A stretch of 57,939 bases of DNA, taken from positions 1-57,939 of the forward strand of contig JBPOGH010000022.1 in NCBI GenBank assembly GCA_051252135.1. The letters run 5' to 3'. Each line of letters opens with the position of its first letter. The stretch's first letter is position 1. The notes under the pieces are model-generated. The model was not told the origin of the DNA, ran no database searches, and worked only from the letters and a program-made list of their open reading frames with translations. Positions 27,717 through 37,305 of this stretch are shown piece by piece. The position numbers were made by a program, and so were the translations under genes. This DNA comes from Verrucomicrobiaceae bacterium. Lineage in GTDB: Bacteria > Verrucomicrobiota > Verrucomicrobiia > Verrucomicrobiales > Akkermansiaceae.

Positions 27717-29102
27717 TTAGACTTGGGGGGCCCAGCCGTCGCGGTAGTCTCGTTTGACGAGTTTGGTGGCGGCGGGGTTGTTGGTGGATTGCATGTTGGG
27801 GCCGTCCCAGTCGATGGGTTGGCCTTCGCCGATTTGTTGGGCGATGCAGCCGAGGAGGATGACTTCGTTGAGGTAAGCGGCGATCTCGAAGTTGGAGTAG
27901 GCGGGCTTGCCGTCGTTCATCATGTCGAACCATTCCTGTTCGTGGCCGGGTGAGCGGGGGATGGATTGGGGGACGCCCTGGCAGGCGGGGTGTTTGTCGG
28001 CGTGGGTGAATTCTTTTTCGCCCTTGAGTTTGACGTAGAATTCGCGGCCGTAGTCGTCCTCCGAGAAGAGGGTGCCTTTGTCTCCGATGATGACGGCGCC
28101 GCTGCCGGGGAGTTTTCCGCCGCGGAGTTTGATGACGTCTGCGACGACGGCGGCTTTGGGGCGGATGGGGTCGAATGATTGGGCGGGGTTGCCATCGTAC
28201 CACCAGAATTTGAGGGGTGGGAGGCCGTCGCGCTCAGGGAATTCGAAGCGGACGCGGGAGGTGAGGGGGTAGGTCTCGGAGTAGATGCGGGAGGCCATTT
28301 CGCACTCGATGCGGGTGGGGTAGCCGAGCTTGAGGGCGCGGAAGGGCATGTTGACGGTGTGGCAGGCCATGTCGCCGAGGGCTCCGGTGCCGAAGTCCGA
28401 CCAGCCGCGCCATTTGAAGGCGTGGTAGACGTCTTTTTTATAGGGGCGCATTTGAGCGGGTCCGATGAAGCAGTCCCAGTTGAGGCCATCGGGGATGGGG
28501 TCGGCGCCGGCGGGCCGGTCGAGGCCCTGGGGCCAGACGGGGCGGTTGGTCCAGACGTGGAGTTCTTTGGGATTTCCGATGACGCCGGACTGGATGATTT
28601 CGACGGAGCGGCGGAGGCCGTCCTCGGCAGAGCCCTGGTTGCCCATTTGGGTGGCGAGGTTTTTGTCGCGGGCGAGATTGCGCATGAAGCGGGATTCCCA
28701 GACGGTTTGGGTGAGGGGTTTTTGGCAGTAGATGTGCTTGCCCATTTGCATGGCCATGATGGAGGCGACGCCGTGGAGGTGGTCGGGGGTGGAGACGGTG
28801 ACGGCGTCGATCTTATCGCCGAGGGTGGTGAGCATTTCGCGGAAGTCGGCGTGCTTTGTGGCCTTGGGGAAGTTTTTGCCCATTTTGTCGAGTCGGCCGC
28901 GGTCGATATCGCAGAGGCCGACGATGTCGCCTCCGCACTTGGCGGCGTTTTTGGTATCGGAGTCGCCTTTTCCGCCGACGCCGATGCAGGCGACCTGGAT
29001 TTTGGAGTTGAGGTTTTGTCCACGGAGGATGGAGGGGAAGCCGAAGGTGGAGCCGGCGAGGAGAGAGGATTTTTTGAGGAAGTGGCGGCGGTTGGTGCTC
29101 AT
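27717..29102 (-). CDS. Gfo/Idh/MocA oxidoreductase with a Tat signal
   Basis: NRRHFLK Tat motif, IGVGGKG, STPDHLH, YCQKPL, TQMGNQG, GALGDMACH. Confidence 0.94.
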   Translation of the reverse strand: MSTNRRHFLKKSSLLAGSTFGFPSILRGQNLNSKIQVACIGVGGKGDSDTKNAAKCGGDIVGLCDIDRGRLDKMGKNFPKATKHADFREMLTTLGDKIDAVTVSTPDHLHGVASIMAMQMGKHIYCQKPLTQTVWESRFMRNLARDKNLATQMGNQGSAEDGLRRSVEIIQSGVIGNPKELHVWTNRPVWPQGLDRPAGADPIPDGLNWDCFIGPAQMRPYKKDVYHAFKWRGWSDFGTGALGDMACHTVNMPFRALKLGYPTRIECEMASRIYSETYPLTSRVRFEFPERDGLPPLKFWWYDGNPAQSFDPIRPKAAVVADVIKLRGGKLPGSGAVIIGDKGTLFSEDDYGREFYVKLKGEKEFTHADKHPACQGVPQSIPRSPGHEQEWFDMMNDGKPAYSNFEIAAYLNEVILLGCIAQQIGEGQPIDWDGPNMQSTNNPAATKLVKRDYRDGWAPQV

Positions 29103-29190
29103 GCTAACTGCTTAGAACGAGTTCATTGAAATACTCCTTTCATGCTCCGAGAGAGAATTGATCTTTGGCCAAGCTGCGCTAGGTTGAGGG

Positions 29191-29391
29191 ATGGCCAGCG
29201 AAGATCATCAGGGAGAGGGGCAGGAGACGATTACTTTGGAAGCGGGAACGCATTGGATGTGCACTTGCGGGAAGTCGGCGAACTATCCGTTTTGCGATGG
29301 TTCGCACAAGGGGATTGGCGGGGCACCGAAGAAGTTGGTGCTGGAGACAGAGACGGTGATTCCGGTAAGGCGTCCGCCTACGGAAGGTTGA
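29191..29391 (+). CDS. CDGSH iron-sulfur domain protein
   Basis: WMCTCGKSANYPFCDGSH motif. Confidence 0.92.
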   Translation: MASEDHQGEGQETITLEAGTHWMCTCGKSANYPFCDGSHKGIGGAPKKLVLETETVIPVRRPPTEG

Positions 29392-29428
29392 TCTGGCTTT
29401 GCGGTGCCGGGTTCGCTTTGATGGAGCG

Positions 29429-30322
29429 ATGAATCGTCGACACGTCCTTGGTCTTTTGTCCGCGTCTGCGGTGCCGTCATTTGCTGCCGAGGCGAAGGGG
29501 CGGCATTTGGCGACGAACATGTATCCATGGATGACCTTTGCGCGGCGGGAGGGGGTGGATTTTGTGCCGCATGCGGAGGAGTTGCTGGCGAGGGTGGCGA
29601 AGACGGGGCTGCAGGGGTATGAGCCGATTGTGAACTCGGCAAAGGAGTTTGAGGGGTTGGGGGGGCGCTTGCAGAGGCATGGGCTGGAGATGCGATCGAT
29701 TTATGTGAACAGCACGCTGCATGAGGCGGCGGCGATTGAGAAGAGTCAGCGGGAGGTGCTGGAGATTGCGCGGGCCGGGAAGGCGTTGGGGGTGAAGATT
29801 GTGGTGACGAATCCCTCGCCGATCAAGTGGGGCGGGAAGGAGGCGAAGACGGATGGGCAGCTGAAGCTGCAGGCGCAGGCGCTGGATGAGTTGGGGGGTG
29901 CTCTTTTAAAGGAGGGGATGGTGCTGGCGTATCACAATCATGATGTGGAGCTGAAGAACGGGGCGCGGGAGTTTCATCATATGCTGACGGCGACGGATGC
30001 GGAGAAGGTGCGGTTTTGTTTGGACTCGCATTGGATTTATCGCGGGTGCGGGGATTCGGAAGTGGCGCTCTTTGATGCGGTGGCGCATTACCATGAGCGG
30101 GTGGTGGAGTTGCATCTGAGGCAGTCGAGGGGAGGGGTGTGGCAGGAGGTGTTTACGATGGAGGGGGATGTGGATTACGGGCGGCTTTTTGAGTATTTGG
30201 AGAAGAAGGGGGTTTCACCGCATGTGGTGCTGGAGCAGGCGGTGGAGGGGGGGACGCCGAAGACGATGGGGGCGGAGGAGGCGCACCGGGAGGGGCGGGG
30301 GAATTTGGCGGGAGAATATTGA
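29429..30322 (+). CDS. Sugar phosphate isomerase/epimerase (xylose-isomerase-like TIM barrel) with a Tat-like signal
   Basis: MNRRHVL start at 29429; YHNH, LDSHW, LHLR, GDVDY, VVLEQ. Confidence 0.88.
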   Translation: MNRRHVLGLLSASAVPSFAAEAKGRHLATNMYPWMTFARREGVDFVPHAEELLARVAKTGLQGYEPIVNSAKEFEGLGGRLQRHGLEMRSIYVNSTLHEAAAIEKSQREVLEIARAGKALGVKIVVTNPSPIKWGGKEAKTDGQLKLQAQALDELGGALLKEGMVLAYHNHDVELKNGAREFHHMLTATDAEKVRFCLDSHWIYRGCGDSEVALFDAVAHYHERVVELHLRQSRGGVWQEVFTMEGDVDYGRLFEYLEKKGVSPHVVLEQAVEGGTPKTMGAEEAHREGRGNLAGEY

Positions 30323-30363
30323 TCTAGCGTAAAGATTGGGGATTTACGAGGGTTGTAGGGATT

Positions 30364-33300
30364 ATGAATCTTTGCTCCCGTTTGACTCTTCTTCCGCTTC
30401 TTTGGCTACCTGCCGGCGGGGCGACCTATTATTGGACGGGGGGAGGTGACGGGGCCTCGGTTTATGCGGAGGCGAACTGGACGGCCAATTCGGATGGGAG
30501 TGGGGGGACGATTCCGGTGATCAGCGCGAATACGGCGGTGAATCATGATTTGGTGGTGGAATCGGGCAATCCCGGTGGTGGCGGGGGAGCGAGTGCCTCG
30601 CTGGATTTGGGGAGCGGGTCGCTATCGGTTGGCGCGGGGACTTTCCGGATGAATGTGACATCGCAGAGTGGGGGGATTCGGAATGGGTCGATCGCGGTGT
30701 CGGGTGGCAGGATCATTGCGGAGTTTGTGGCGGATACGGCGGTTGTGCTTTCAGGCGGAACGCTGGAGTTGGACAGCGGTGGGGATCCGGTGGATGGGGC
30801 GACGATAGATTTTACGACGGGGAGTTCGGCGGCGATTGAGTTCTCCAATGAGGCGGTGGCGGATGTGGTGGGGGAGCATCTTGCGAAGATCACGGTGGGA
30901 GGAGCGGCGGCGGTGGAATCGGGACCGGGGCAGAATGTGGTGATCACGGCGAACGGGGTGGGATCGATTGTGGTGCTGGGGACGATGAATCCGGCGGACA
31001 GTGATGATGATCAGGACGGGTTGAGCAACGGGATGGAGGCGACTCTGGAAACGAATCCAGCGTTGCGGGATACGGATGGGGACGGGACTCCGGACGGGCT
31101 GGAGGTGGAGAAGGGGCTTGATCCTTTGGACAACACGGATGGCCTGGATCGGCCGAATATCATTTTGTTTTTTGTGGATGATCTGGGGTACGGGGATTTG
31201 GGGTGTTTTTGGCAGGATTCGCTGAGCGGGACGCAGAGGTTCGACACGCCGGGGATTGATACGATGGCGGCGGAGGGGGCGAAGATGACGCATCATTATA
31301 TTTCGGCGCCGGTTTGTGCGCCATCACGGGCGTCGCTGCTGCAAGGGCGTCACCAGGGGCATGCGGATGTGCGGGACTCGCAGTTTGACCGGGCATTGCC
31401 GAACAATCATGGGATGGCCGAGACGTTGAGGCGTGCGGGATACCGGACGATTCACACGGGGAAGAACGGGTTGGCGGGGGGTGAGGGGTCAACGAATCTC
31501 ACGGGGGATGGTTCCCAGAATTTGGGAGCGCACCCGCTGGCGCGGGGGTTTGATGAGTTTTTTGGATATTTGTTTCATGGTGACGGGCACGAGCATTATC
31601 CCCGGAATGGCACCTCGGATAAGTCGGCGCACATTTATCACGGGTATGAGCAGGTGAAGAATGCCTCGGAGGATCTTTATACGACGGATGCGTGGACGGC
31701 GTATGCGAAGAAGGCGATCACGGAGGAGGTGAATGACGGGGACGGTCAGCCGTTCTTTCTGTATGTGGCGTATGAGACGCCGCACTTCAAGATGCAGCGT
31801 CCGGCGGTGGCGTATCCGAGTGGTGGCGGGTTGACGGGGGGGATTCAGTGGACGACAGCGACCGACGGGGCGGGGAATGTGCGCTTTGCGAGTACGGCGA
31901 CGGGAACGGGGGGGATTGATGACTACAATCATCCGGGGAACCACAGCTCCTGGCCCGAGGCCCAGAAGCAGCACGTGGGGATGATCCGGCGCATTGATAA
32001 TTCGGTGGCGGACATCATTCAGTTGCTGAAGGATCTCAATATTGATGACAACACCTTGTGTGTGTTTTCATCGGACAACGGTCCTCACAATGAGGGAAAC
32101 AATCCGCGTTATTTTGAATCCTTTGCGAACTTGGAGGGGATCAAGCGGGATATGCTGGAGGGGGGAATCCGGGTGCCGACGGTGGTGCGTTGGCCGGGGA
32201 TGATTGCGGGGACGACGAATGATGAGAACGACATTCATGAGATCGATTATCCGTCTGCAATTTCCGATTGGATGCCGACCTTTGCGGATTTGGCGGAGGT
32301 GCCGGCGCCCTCGTGGTGCGACGGGGTTTCCCTGGTGCCGACTCTGACGGGCGTGGGAAGCCAGCGGGACAAGGGGTATCTGTATTTTGAATTCAACACG
32401 AGCGGGACAACTCCGAACTGGGTGGAGTTCCCGAATCACCGGGGGGAAGCGAAGGGGCAGATGCAGTGTGTGCGGATCGGAGATTATATGGGGATCCGGA
32501 GATCGATCGGGAGTGCGGATGACAACTTCGAGATTTACGATGCGGTGATGGATCCGGGTCAGCAGTTGAACGTGGCGAACTCGCTTCCCGATTTGCAGAC
32601 GCAGATGAAGGAGATTGCGATCACGGGACGTCGGCCGGGGACGGTATCACGTCCCTATGACAGCGAGCCGCTTCCGGCGATCATTACGGCGACCGAACCG
32701 GGGATCATGGTTTCTTCTTACGAGGGGATTTGGACCTACGTGCCGGAGTTCCGGGATATGACCGCGGCTTCTTCCGGGACGGCGACGGGATTTGATCTGT
32801 CGAAGAGGTCGCGGGATGAGAATGTGGGTTTGCTTTTTGAGGGGTTGCTGGAGGTGCCGACGACGGGGAGTTACACCTTCTTTGTGGAGAGTGATGCGGG
32901 GGCGAATTTGTTTCTTCATGATGCGCATGTGATTGATGATGATTTTAATCACACCGGGGTGGAGCAATCCGGGGCGGTGATTTTGGAAGCGGGAGCGCAT
33001 CCGATCCGGGTTTATTACCGGCACGGGGTGGGCTCGGGGCATGAGCTGAATGTGCGGTGGTCCGGGCCGGGAATTGCGAAGGAGTTGATTCCAAATGCGG
33101 CGCTGGGTCTGGAGGTGCCGGCACCACCGGAGCCGTCGGCATTGGATGATACCGCGAGCACGGCGGGTGAAATGGTTGAGATTGCGGTGCTGGACAACGA
33201 TTTGGATGATGGCGCGCCGATGACGCTCTCGATTGATTCGGTGGGGGTGCCGGCGAACGGGACGGCGGTGAAGGTGGGGAATGCGATCCGTTATACGCCC

Positions 33301-34470
33301 AATGGTGGTTTTTACGGGAGCGACCGTTTTCGATATACGGTGACGGACGGGCAGTATTTTGCGACGGCGACGGTGACGATTTCAGTGACCTACCAGGGGG
33401 CGGACCTTTGGATTCCGCTTGATGAGTGTGGCGGGAACGAGGTGCGTGAGGCGGGAGGGACTCTGTTGGGCGGGATGACGGGATTTGCGGATCCGGACAG
33501 TTCGTGGGTGACGGGAGCGCAGGGGAATGCCCTCTCTTTTGACGGCGATGATGACCAGGTGACCTTGAGCGGTGTGCCGGCGGCGAATCTCCCGGATGGA
33601 TCGACCCCGCGAACGATCATGGCATGGATCAGGACGGCGGCGGCGCAGGAGAACCAGACGATCTTTGGGTACGGGCAGAATTCGAACGGGCAGCGATTTT
33701 CGTTTCGGACGAATGGGAGTGGGGGGAATCCGACGAACCAGCCCTTGCGTCTTGAGGTGCAGGGAGGGGCGATTGTGGGGGCGACGAATCTGAACGACGG
33801 CCAGTGGCATCATGTGGCGGTGGTCTGTGACGACTTTGACAGCAGTGGAACGATGGATGTGAATGAGTCGAAGCTGTATGTGGACGGAGTGCTGGACGGG
33901 ATCGCGAGCGCGTCCTCGCGGGCGATTGATACGGCGTCGGGAACGACGGCGGTGCTGGGGGGATCGAACCACAGTGCCAACTATAGTTTTGCGGGAGATA
34001 TCGATGATCTTCGTCTTTTCCCGGAGGCACTGAGCCAGAGTGAGATTCAGGAGATCATGAATCGCACGCGACAGGTGGCGGCCGCGTGGCATCGGGAGAA
34101 TTTCGGTCCCGCTGCGGAGAACTGGGACCTTGACGGTGATGGGGATGGGTTGAGCCGTCTGGGGGAGTTTGCCTTTGGGGGGAACCCCCATTTTTCAGAT
34201 GCTTCACAGGTGAGGGAGGCGCAGTTTAATCCGGCGACTCTCAAGCTGGAGGCGAGTTTTCTGAGGCGGAAGGGGAGCAATCACGATCTGACTTACAGTA
34301 TCGAGGCTTCCCGTGATTTGTTGGACTGGACCAGTCTCACGGTGACGGAGACGGGAGTGGTGGCGCATGTGAGTGAGGCCTGCCTTGAGTGGGCGGGTGT
34401 TGAGGCTGATGCGACGAGCACTGAGGAGGCGATTCAGTTTGTGCGGGCGAAGGCGGATTTTACGCCTTAG
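30364..34470 (+). CDS. Multidomain secreted sulfatase (N-terminal beta-repeat, TSP3-like repeats, sulfatase, PA14, cadherin/Ig-like, LamG, C-terminal tail)
   Basis: DSDDDQDGLSN/DTDGDGTPDG, PNIILFFVDDLGYGD, CAPSR, GSYTFFVESDAGA, VLDNDLD..IRYTP..GSDRFRYTVTDG, DGQWHHVAVV..LYVDG. Confidence 0.9.
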   Translation: MNLCSRLTLLPLLWLPAGGATYYWTGGGDGASVYAEANWTANSDGSGGTIPVISANTAVNHDLVVESGNPGGGGGASASLDLGSGSLSVGAGTFRMNVTSQSGGIRNGSIAVSGGRIIAEFVADTAVVLSGGTLELDSGGDPVDGATIDFTTGSSAAIEFSNEAVADVVGEHLAKITVGGAAAVESGPGQNVVITANGVGSIVVLGTMNPADSDDDQDGLSNGMEATLETNPALRDTDGDGTPDGLEVEKGLDPLDNTDGLDRPNIILFFVDDLGYGDLGCFWQDSLSGTQRFDTPGIDTMAAEGAKMTHHYISAPVCAPSRASLLQGRHQGHADVRDSQFDRALPNNHGMAETLRRAGYRTIHTGKNGLAGGEGSTNLTGDGSQNLGAHPLARGFDEFFGYLFHGDGHEHYPRNGTSDKSAHIYHGYEQVKNASEDLYTTDAWTAYAKKAITEEVNDGDGQPFFLYVAYETPHFKMQRPAVAYPSGGGLTGGIQWTTATDGAGNVRFASTATGTGGIDDYNHPGNHSSWPEAQKQHVGMIRRIDNSVADIIQLLKDLNIDDNTLCVFSSDNGPHNEGNNPRYFESFANLEGIKRDMLEGGIRVPTVVRWPGMIAGTTNDENDIHEIDYPSAISDWMPTFADLAEVPAPSWCDGVSLVPTLTGVGSQRDKGYLYFEFNTSGTTPNWVEFPNHRGEAKGQMQCVRIGDYMGIRRSIGSADDNFEIYDAVMDPGQQLNVANSLPDLQTQMKEIAITGRRPGTVSRPYDSEPLPAIITATEPGIMVSSYEGIWTYVPEFRDMTAASSGTATGFDLSKRSRDENVGLLFEGLLEVPTTGSYTFFVESDAGANLFLHDAHVIDDDFNHTGVEQSGAVILEAGAHPIRVYYRHGVGSGHELNVRWSGPGIAKELIPNAALGLEVPAPPEPSALDDTASTAGEMVEIAVLDNDLDDGAPMTLSIDSVGVPANGTAVKVGNAIRYTPNGGFYGSDRFRYTVTDGQYFATATVTISVTYQGADLWIPLDECGGNEVREAGGTLLGGMTGFADPDSSWVTGAQGNALSFDGDDDQVTLSGVPAANLPDGSTPRTIMAWIRTAAAQENQTIFGYGQNSNGQRFSFRTNGSGGNPTNQPLRLEVQGGAIVGATNLNDGQWHHVAVVCDDFDSSGTMDVNESKLYVDGVLDGIASASSRAIDTASGTTAVLGGSNHSANYSFAGDIDDLRLFPEALSQSEIQEIMNRTRQVAAAWHRENFGPAAENWDLDGDGDGLSRLGEFAFGGNPHFSDASQVREAQFNPATLKLEASFLRRKGSNHDLTYSIEASRDLLDWTSLTVTETGVVAHVSEACLEWAGVEADATSTEEAIQFVRAKADFTP

Positions 34471-34476
34471 ATTTGT

Positions 34477-35874
34477 CTAATCCGAGGGGGTGGGTTTTTG
34501 CCAGGGGACGGAGCCGCCGCGTTGGATTTGGGCGCGCATGGCGGTGGCGAGCTCGCGAAATTTTTGGGGTTCCTTTTTGGAGAGGTCGGTTGTTTCGAGG
34601 GGGTCGGTCTCGAGGTTAAAGAGTTCCCATGGGGAGTCGGGTCGGTTTTTGATGAGCTTCCAGGGGCCGCGGCGCATGGCCCAGGAGGAGTCGCCCATGT
34701 AGCGGAGGTTGCCCTCGCGGCGGGTGAAGAAGGTGTCGCGCTGGAAGGGTCTTTGGGTGCCGGTTTTGAGGAGGGGGAGGATGGAGCGGCCTTCGATATT
34801 TGGTGGGGGAGTTCCTCCGGCGGCTTGGATGGCGGTGGGGAAGAGGTCCATGGTGAGGAAGGGGAAGTCGCTTTGGGTTCCGGGTTTGATGGTGCCGGGC
34901 CAGGTGGCGGAGGCGGGGACTTTGAGGCCACCTTCATACATGTCTTGTTTGCCGCCGCGGAGGTTGCCGCAGTTGGCGCCGACGTTGAGCTGGCCTCCGT
35001 TATCTGAGACGAAGAGGGTGAGGGTGTTTTGCCATTGGCCGGTGGCTTTGAGGGTGGCGACGACTTGGCCGATGCCGTGGTCGAGGTGTTCGATGAGGGC
35101 GACGAGCTTGGCGCGTTGGGGGGTGATGTTGGGTTCGCGGTCGGTGACTTTTTTCAGCCAGTCGGCGGGTGGTTGGATGGGGGTGTGGGGGGCGTTGTAG
35201 GCGAGGTAGAGAAAGAACGGCTGCGCCGTTCTTTCAGTGTTAAGTTTCAAGTTTTCAGTTTGAAGTTTTGCAGCGGGCTGCGCCCGGGCAGTTAGATATT
35301 GGCAAGCCCATTGGGTGAAGACGTCGGTGGCGTGGCCCTTTGGGTTCACCTTTTGGTGGTTGAGGCGCATGTAGTGTTGGTCGTGGCGGCGGTGGTGGTA
35401 GTAGTCGTCCATCATGTCGCCGAGGAAGCCGTGGAAGTGGTCGAATCCGCGGGTGTTGGGGTGGGCTTCGAGGTCGAGGCCGAGGTGCCATTTGCCGATG
35501 GCGGCGGTGTGGTAGCCGAGGGGTTTGAGGGCTTGGGGGAGGAGGGTGGCGGAGGGGGCGAGGTAGCCCCAGTTGTCGTTGGGCATGGTGCGGACGACGC
35601 CGGGGACGCCGACGAGCTCCTGGTAGCGTCCGGTGAGGAGGGCGGCGCGGGTGGGGGAGCAGACGGGGCAGTTGGCGTAGCAGTGGGTGAAGCGGAGGCC
35701 TTGGGCGATGAGGGAATCGAGGTGCGGGGTTTGGAGGTCGGTGGCGCCGTAGGAGGAGAGGTCGCCGTAGCCGAGGTCATCGACGATGATGACGAGGATG
35801 TTGGGCTTGCCTTCGGCAGGAAATCCTAAATTTGAGAAGAGGAGAAATGCCAAGCAGGTGAGGAGGGTGCGCAT
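34477..35874 (-). CDS. Arylsulfatase-family sulfatase
   Basis: ATG at 35874; PNILVIIVDDLGYGD, CSPTRAALLTG, GKWHLG, YNAPHTP, SDNGG. Confidence 0.94.
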   Translation of the reverse strand: MRTLLTCLAFLLFSNLGFPAEGKPNILVIIVDDLGYGDLSSYGATDLQTPHLDSLIAQGLRFTHCYANCPVCSPTRAALLTGRYQELVGVPGVVRTMPNDNWGYLAPSATLLPQALKPLGYHTAAIGKWHLGLDLEAHPNTRGFDHFHGFLGDMMDDYYHHRRHDQHYMRLNHQKVNPKGHATDVFTQWACQYLTARAQPAAKLQTENLKLNTERTAQPFFLYLAYNAPHTPIQPPADWLKKVTDREPNITPQRAKLVALIEHLDHGIGQVVATLKATGQWQNTLTLFVSDNGGQLNVGANCGNLRGGKQDMYEGGLKVPASATWPGTIKPGTQSDFPFLTMDLFPTAIQAAGGTPPPNIEGRSILPLLKTGTQRPFQRDTFFTRREGNLRYMGDSSWAMRRGPWKLIKNRPDSPWELFNLETDPLETTDLSKKEPQKFRELATAMRAQIQRGGSVPWQKPTPSD

Positions 35875-35906
35875 GGGGATTTTACCGGGGGAGGCGGGTT
35901 TTTTTA

Positions 35907-37235
35907 TCAGCGGGCGATCTTGAAGACGCGGGCGGTGAGGATGATGGCGGCGATGGCGAGGCCGATGGCGAGTCCCCACCAGATGCCGGCGGCTCCGAGT
36001 CCGAAGCGGTTGGCGAGGAGGAGACCGGCGGGGATGCCGAAGATCCAGTAGGAGATGAAGGCGGTCCAGGCGGGGACGGTGACGTCTTCGAGTCCGCGGA
36101 GGATGCCGCCGGAGACGACCTGGATGGCGTCGAAGATTTGGAAGACGGCGACGATGGCGAGGAAGGATCCGGCGATGGCGATGACCTCGGGCTCGCTGAC
36201 GTAGAGGGCGGCGATATCGTAACGGAGGAGGGCGCAGAAGGTGGAGGTGAGTGCGACGAAGAAGAGGGTGAGGGCCCAGCCGGAGAAGATGATGGCGGGG
36301 TAGCGGTGTTTTTCTTTTGCTCCGGCGACATTCCCCATGCGCATGGTGAGGGCGATGGCGATGCCGAGGGGGACCATGAAGAGGGTGCCGGCGGTGGTGA
36401 GGGCGACCTGGTGGGAGGCGAGGGGGATTTCGCCGTAGAGGCCGACGAAGATGCCGGCGGCGGAAAAGGCTCCGACCTCGGCGAGGAGGTGGAAGCTGGC
36501 GGGGATGCCGAGGGCGAGGAGGCGGCGGAGGGTTTTGGGGTCGGGTTTTTGGATCCACCGGCGCGGGGTGAGGTCGTGGAGGGAGGGCGCGATTTTAAAC
36601 CAGAGGAGCATGCCGAGGAGGATGGCGATGCGTGAGATGAGGGTGGCCCAGCCGGCTCCGGTGAGTCCGTAGTCGAGGGTGAAGATGAAGAGTTGGTTGA
36701 GGATGACGTTGAGGATGACGCCGCCGAGGAAGATGAAGAAGGCGGGCCAGACGCGGCCGATGGAGTCGGCGTGGTTTTTGAGTCCGATGGATCCGAGGAC
36801 GGGGATGAGTGAGATGAGGACGAGGAAGAGGTAGGGAGGGGCGGCGGCGGTGACCTCGGGAGGTTGGTTGAATATGTGGAGGAAGGGGATGAGGAGGGTG
36901 CTGAGGAGAAAGAGGAGGGTGCCGGCGGCGATGGAGAGGTAGAAGCCATTGCGGCAGATGGCGCGGGCCCGGGCGTGGTCTTTTTGGCCGGAGGCGCCGG
37001 AGCTGAGGACGGAGATGCTGGTGGTGAGTCCGATGCCGAAGACGAAGGGGACGGAGAAGATGGCGCTGCCGAAGGTGAGGGCGGCGAGCTCGGTGACGCC
37101 GACTTTTCCGACCATTTTGGTGTCGGCGATGATCATGAGCATCTGGCTGATCTGCCCGATGATGAGGGGGACAGCGAGCAGGGCGGTCTTTTTGCCCTCG
37201 CGGAGAAGTGAGGGGATGGACAGGTGCTTGATCAT
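35907..37235 (-). CDS. MATE family efflux transporter (NorM-like)
   Basis: ATG at 37235; about 12 TM segments, ADTKMVG, LASHQVA, FQIFDAIQVVSGGILRG, GAAGIWWG. Confidence 0.93.
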   Translation of the reverse strand: MIKHLSIPSLLREGKKTALLAVPLIIGQISQMLMIIADTKMVGKVGVTELAALTFGSAIFSVPFVFGIGLTTSISVLSSGASGQKDHARARAICRNGFYLSIAAGTLLFLLSTLLIPFLHIFNQPPEVTAAAPPYLFLVLISLIPVLGSIGLKNHADSIGRVWPAFFIFLGGVILNVILNQLFIFTLDYGLTGAGWATLISRIAILLGMLLWFKIAPSLHDLTPRRWIQKPDPKTLRRLLALGIPASFHLLAEVGAFSAAGIFVGLYGEIPLASHQVALTTAGTLFMVPLGIAIALTMRMGNVAGAKEKHRYPAIIFSGWALTLFFVALTSTFCALLRYDIAALYVSEPEVIAIAGSFLAIVAVFQIFDAIQVVSGGILRGLEDVTVPAWTAFISYWIFGIPAGLLLANRFGLGAAGIWWGLAIGLAIAAIILTARVFKIAR

Positions 37236-37305
37236 GCCGTGCGGCACATCGTGCAGGGAAAGCGGGAACGAGTCCCGCTTTCCTTTTGGGGAAATGTGCC
37301 CCGGG

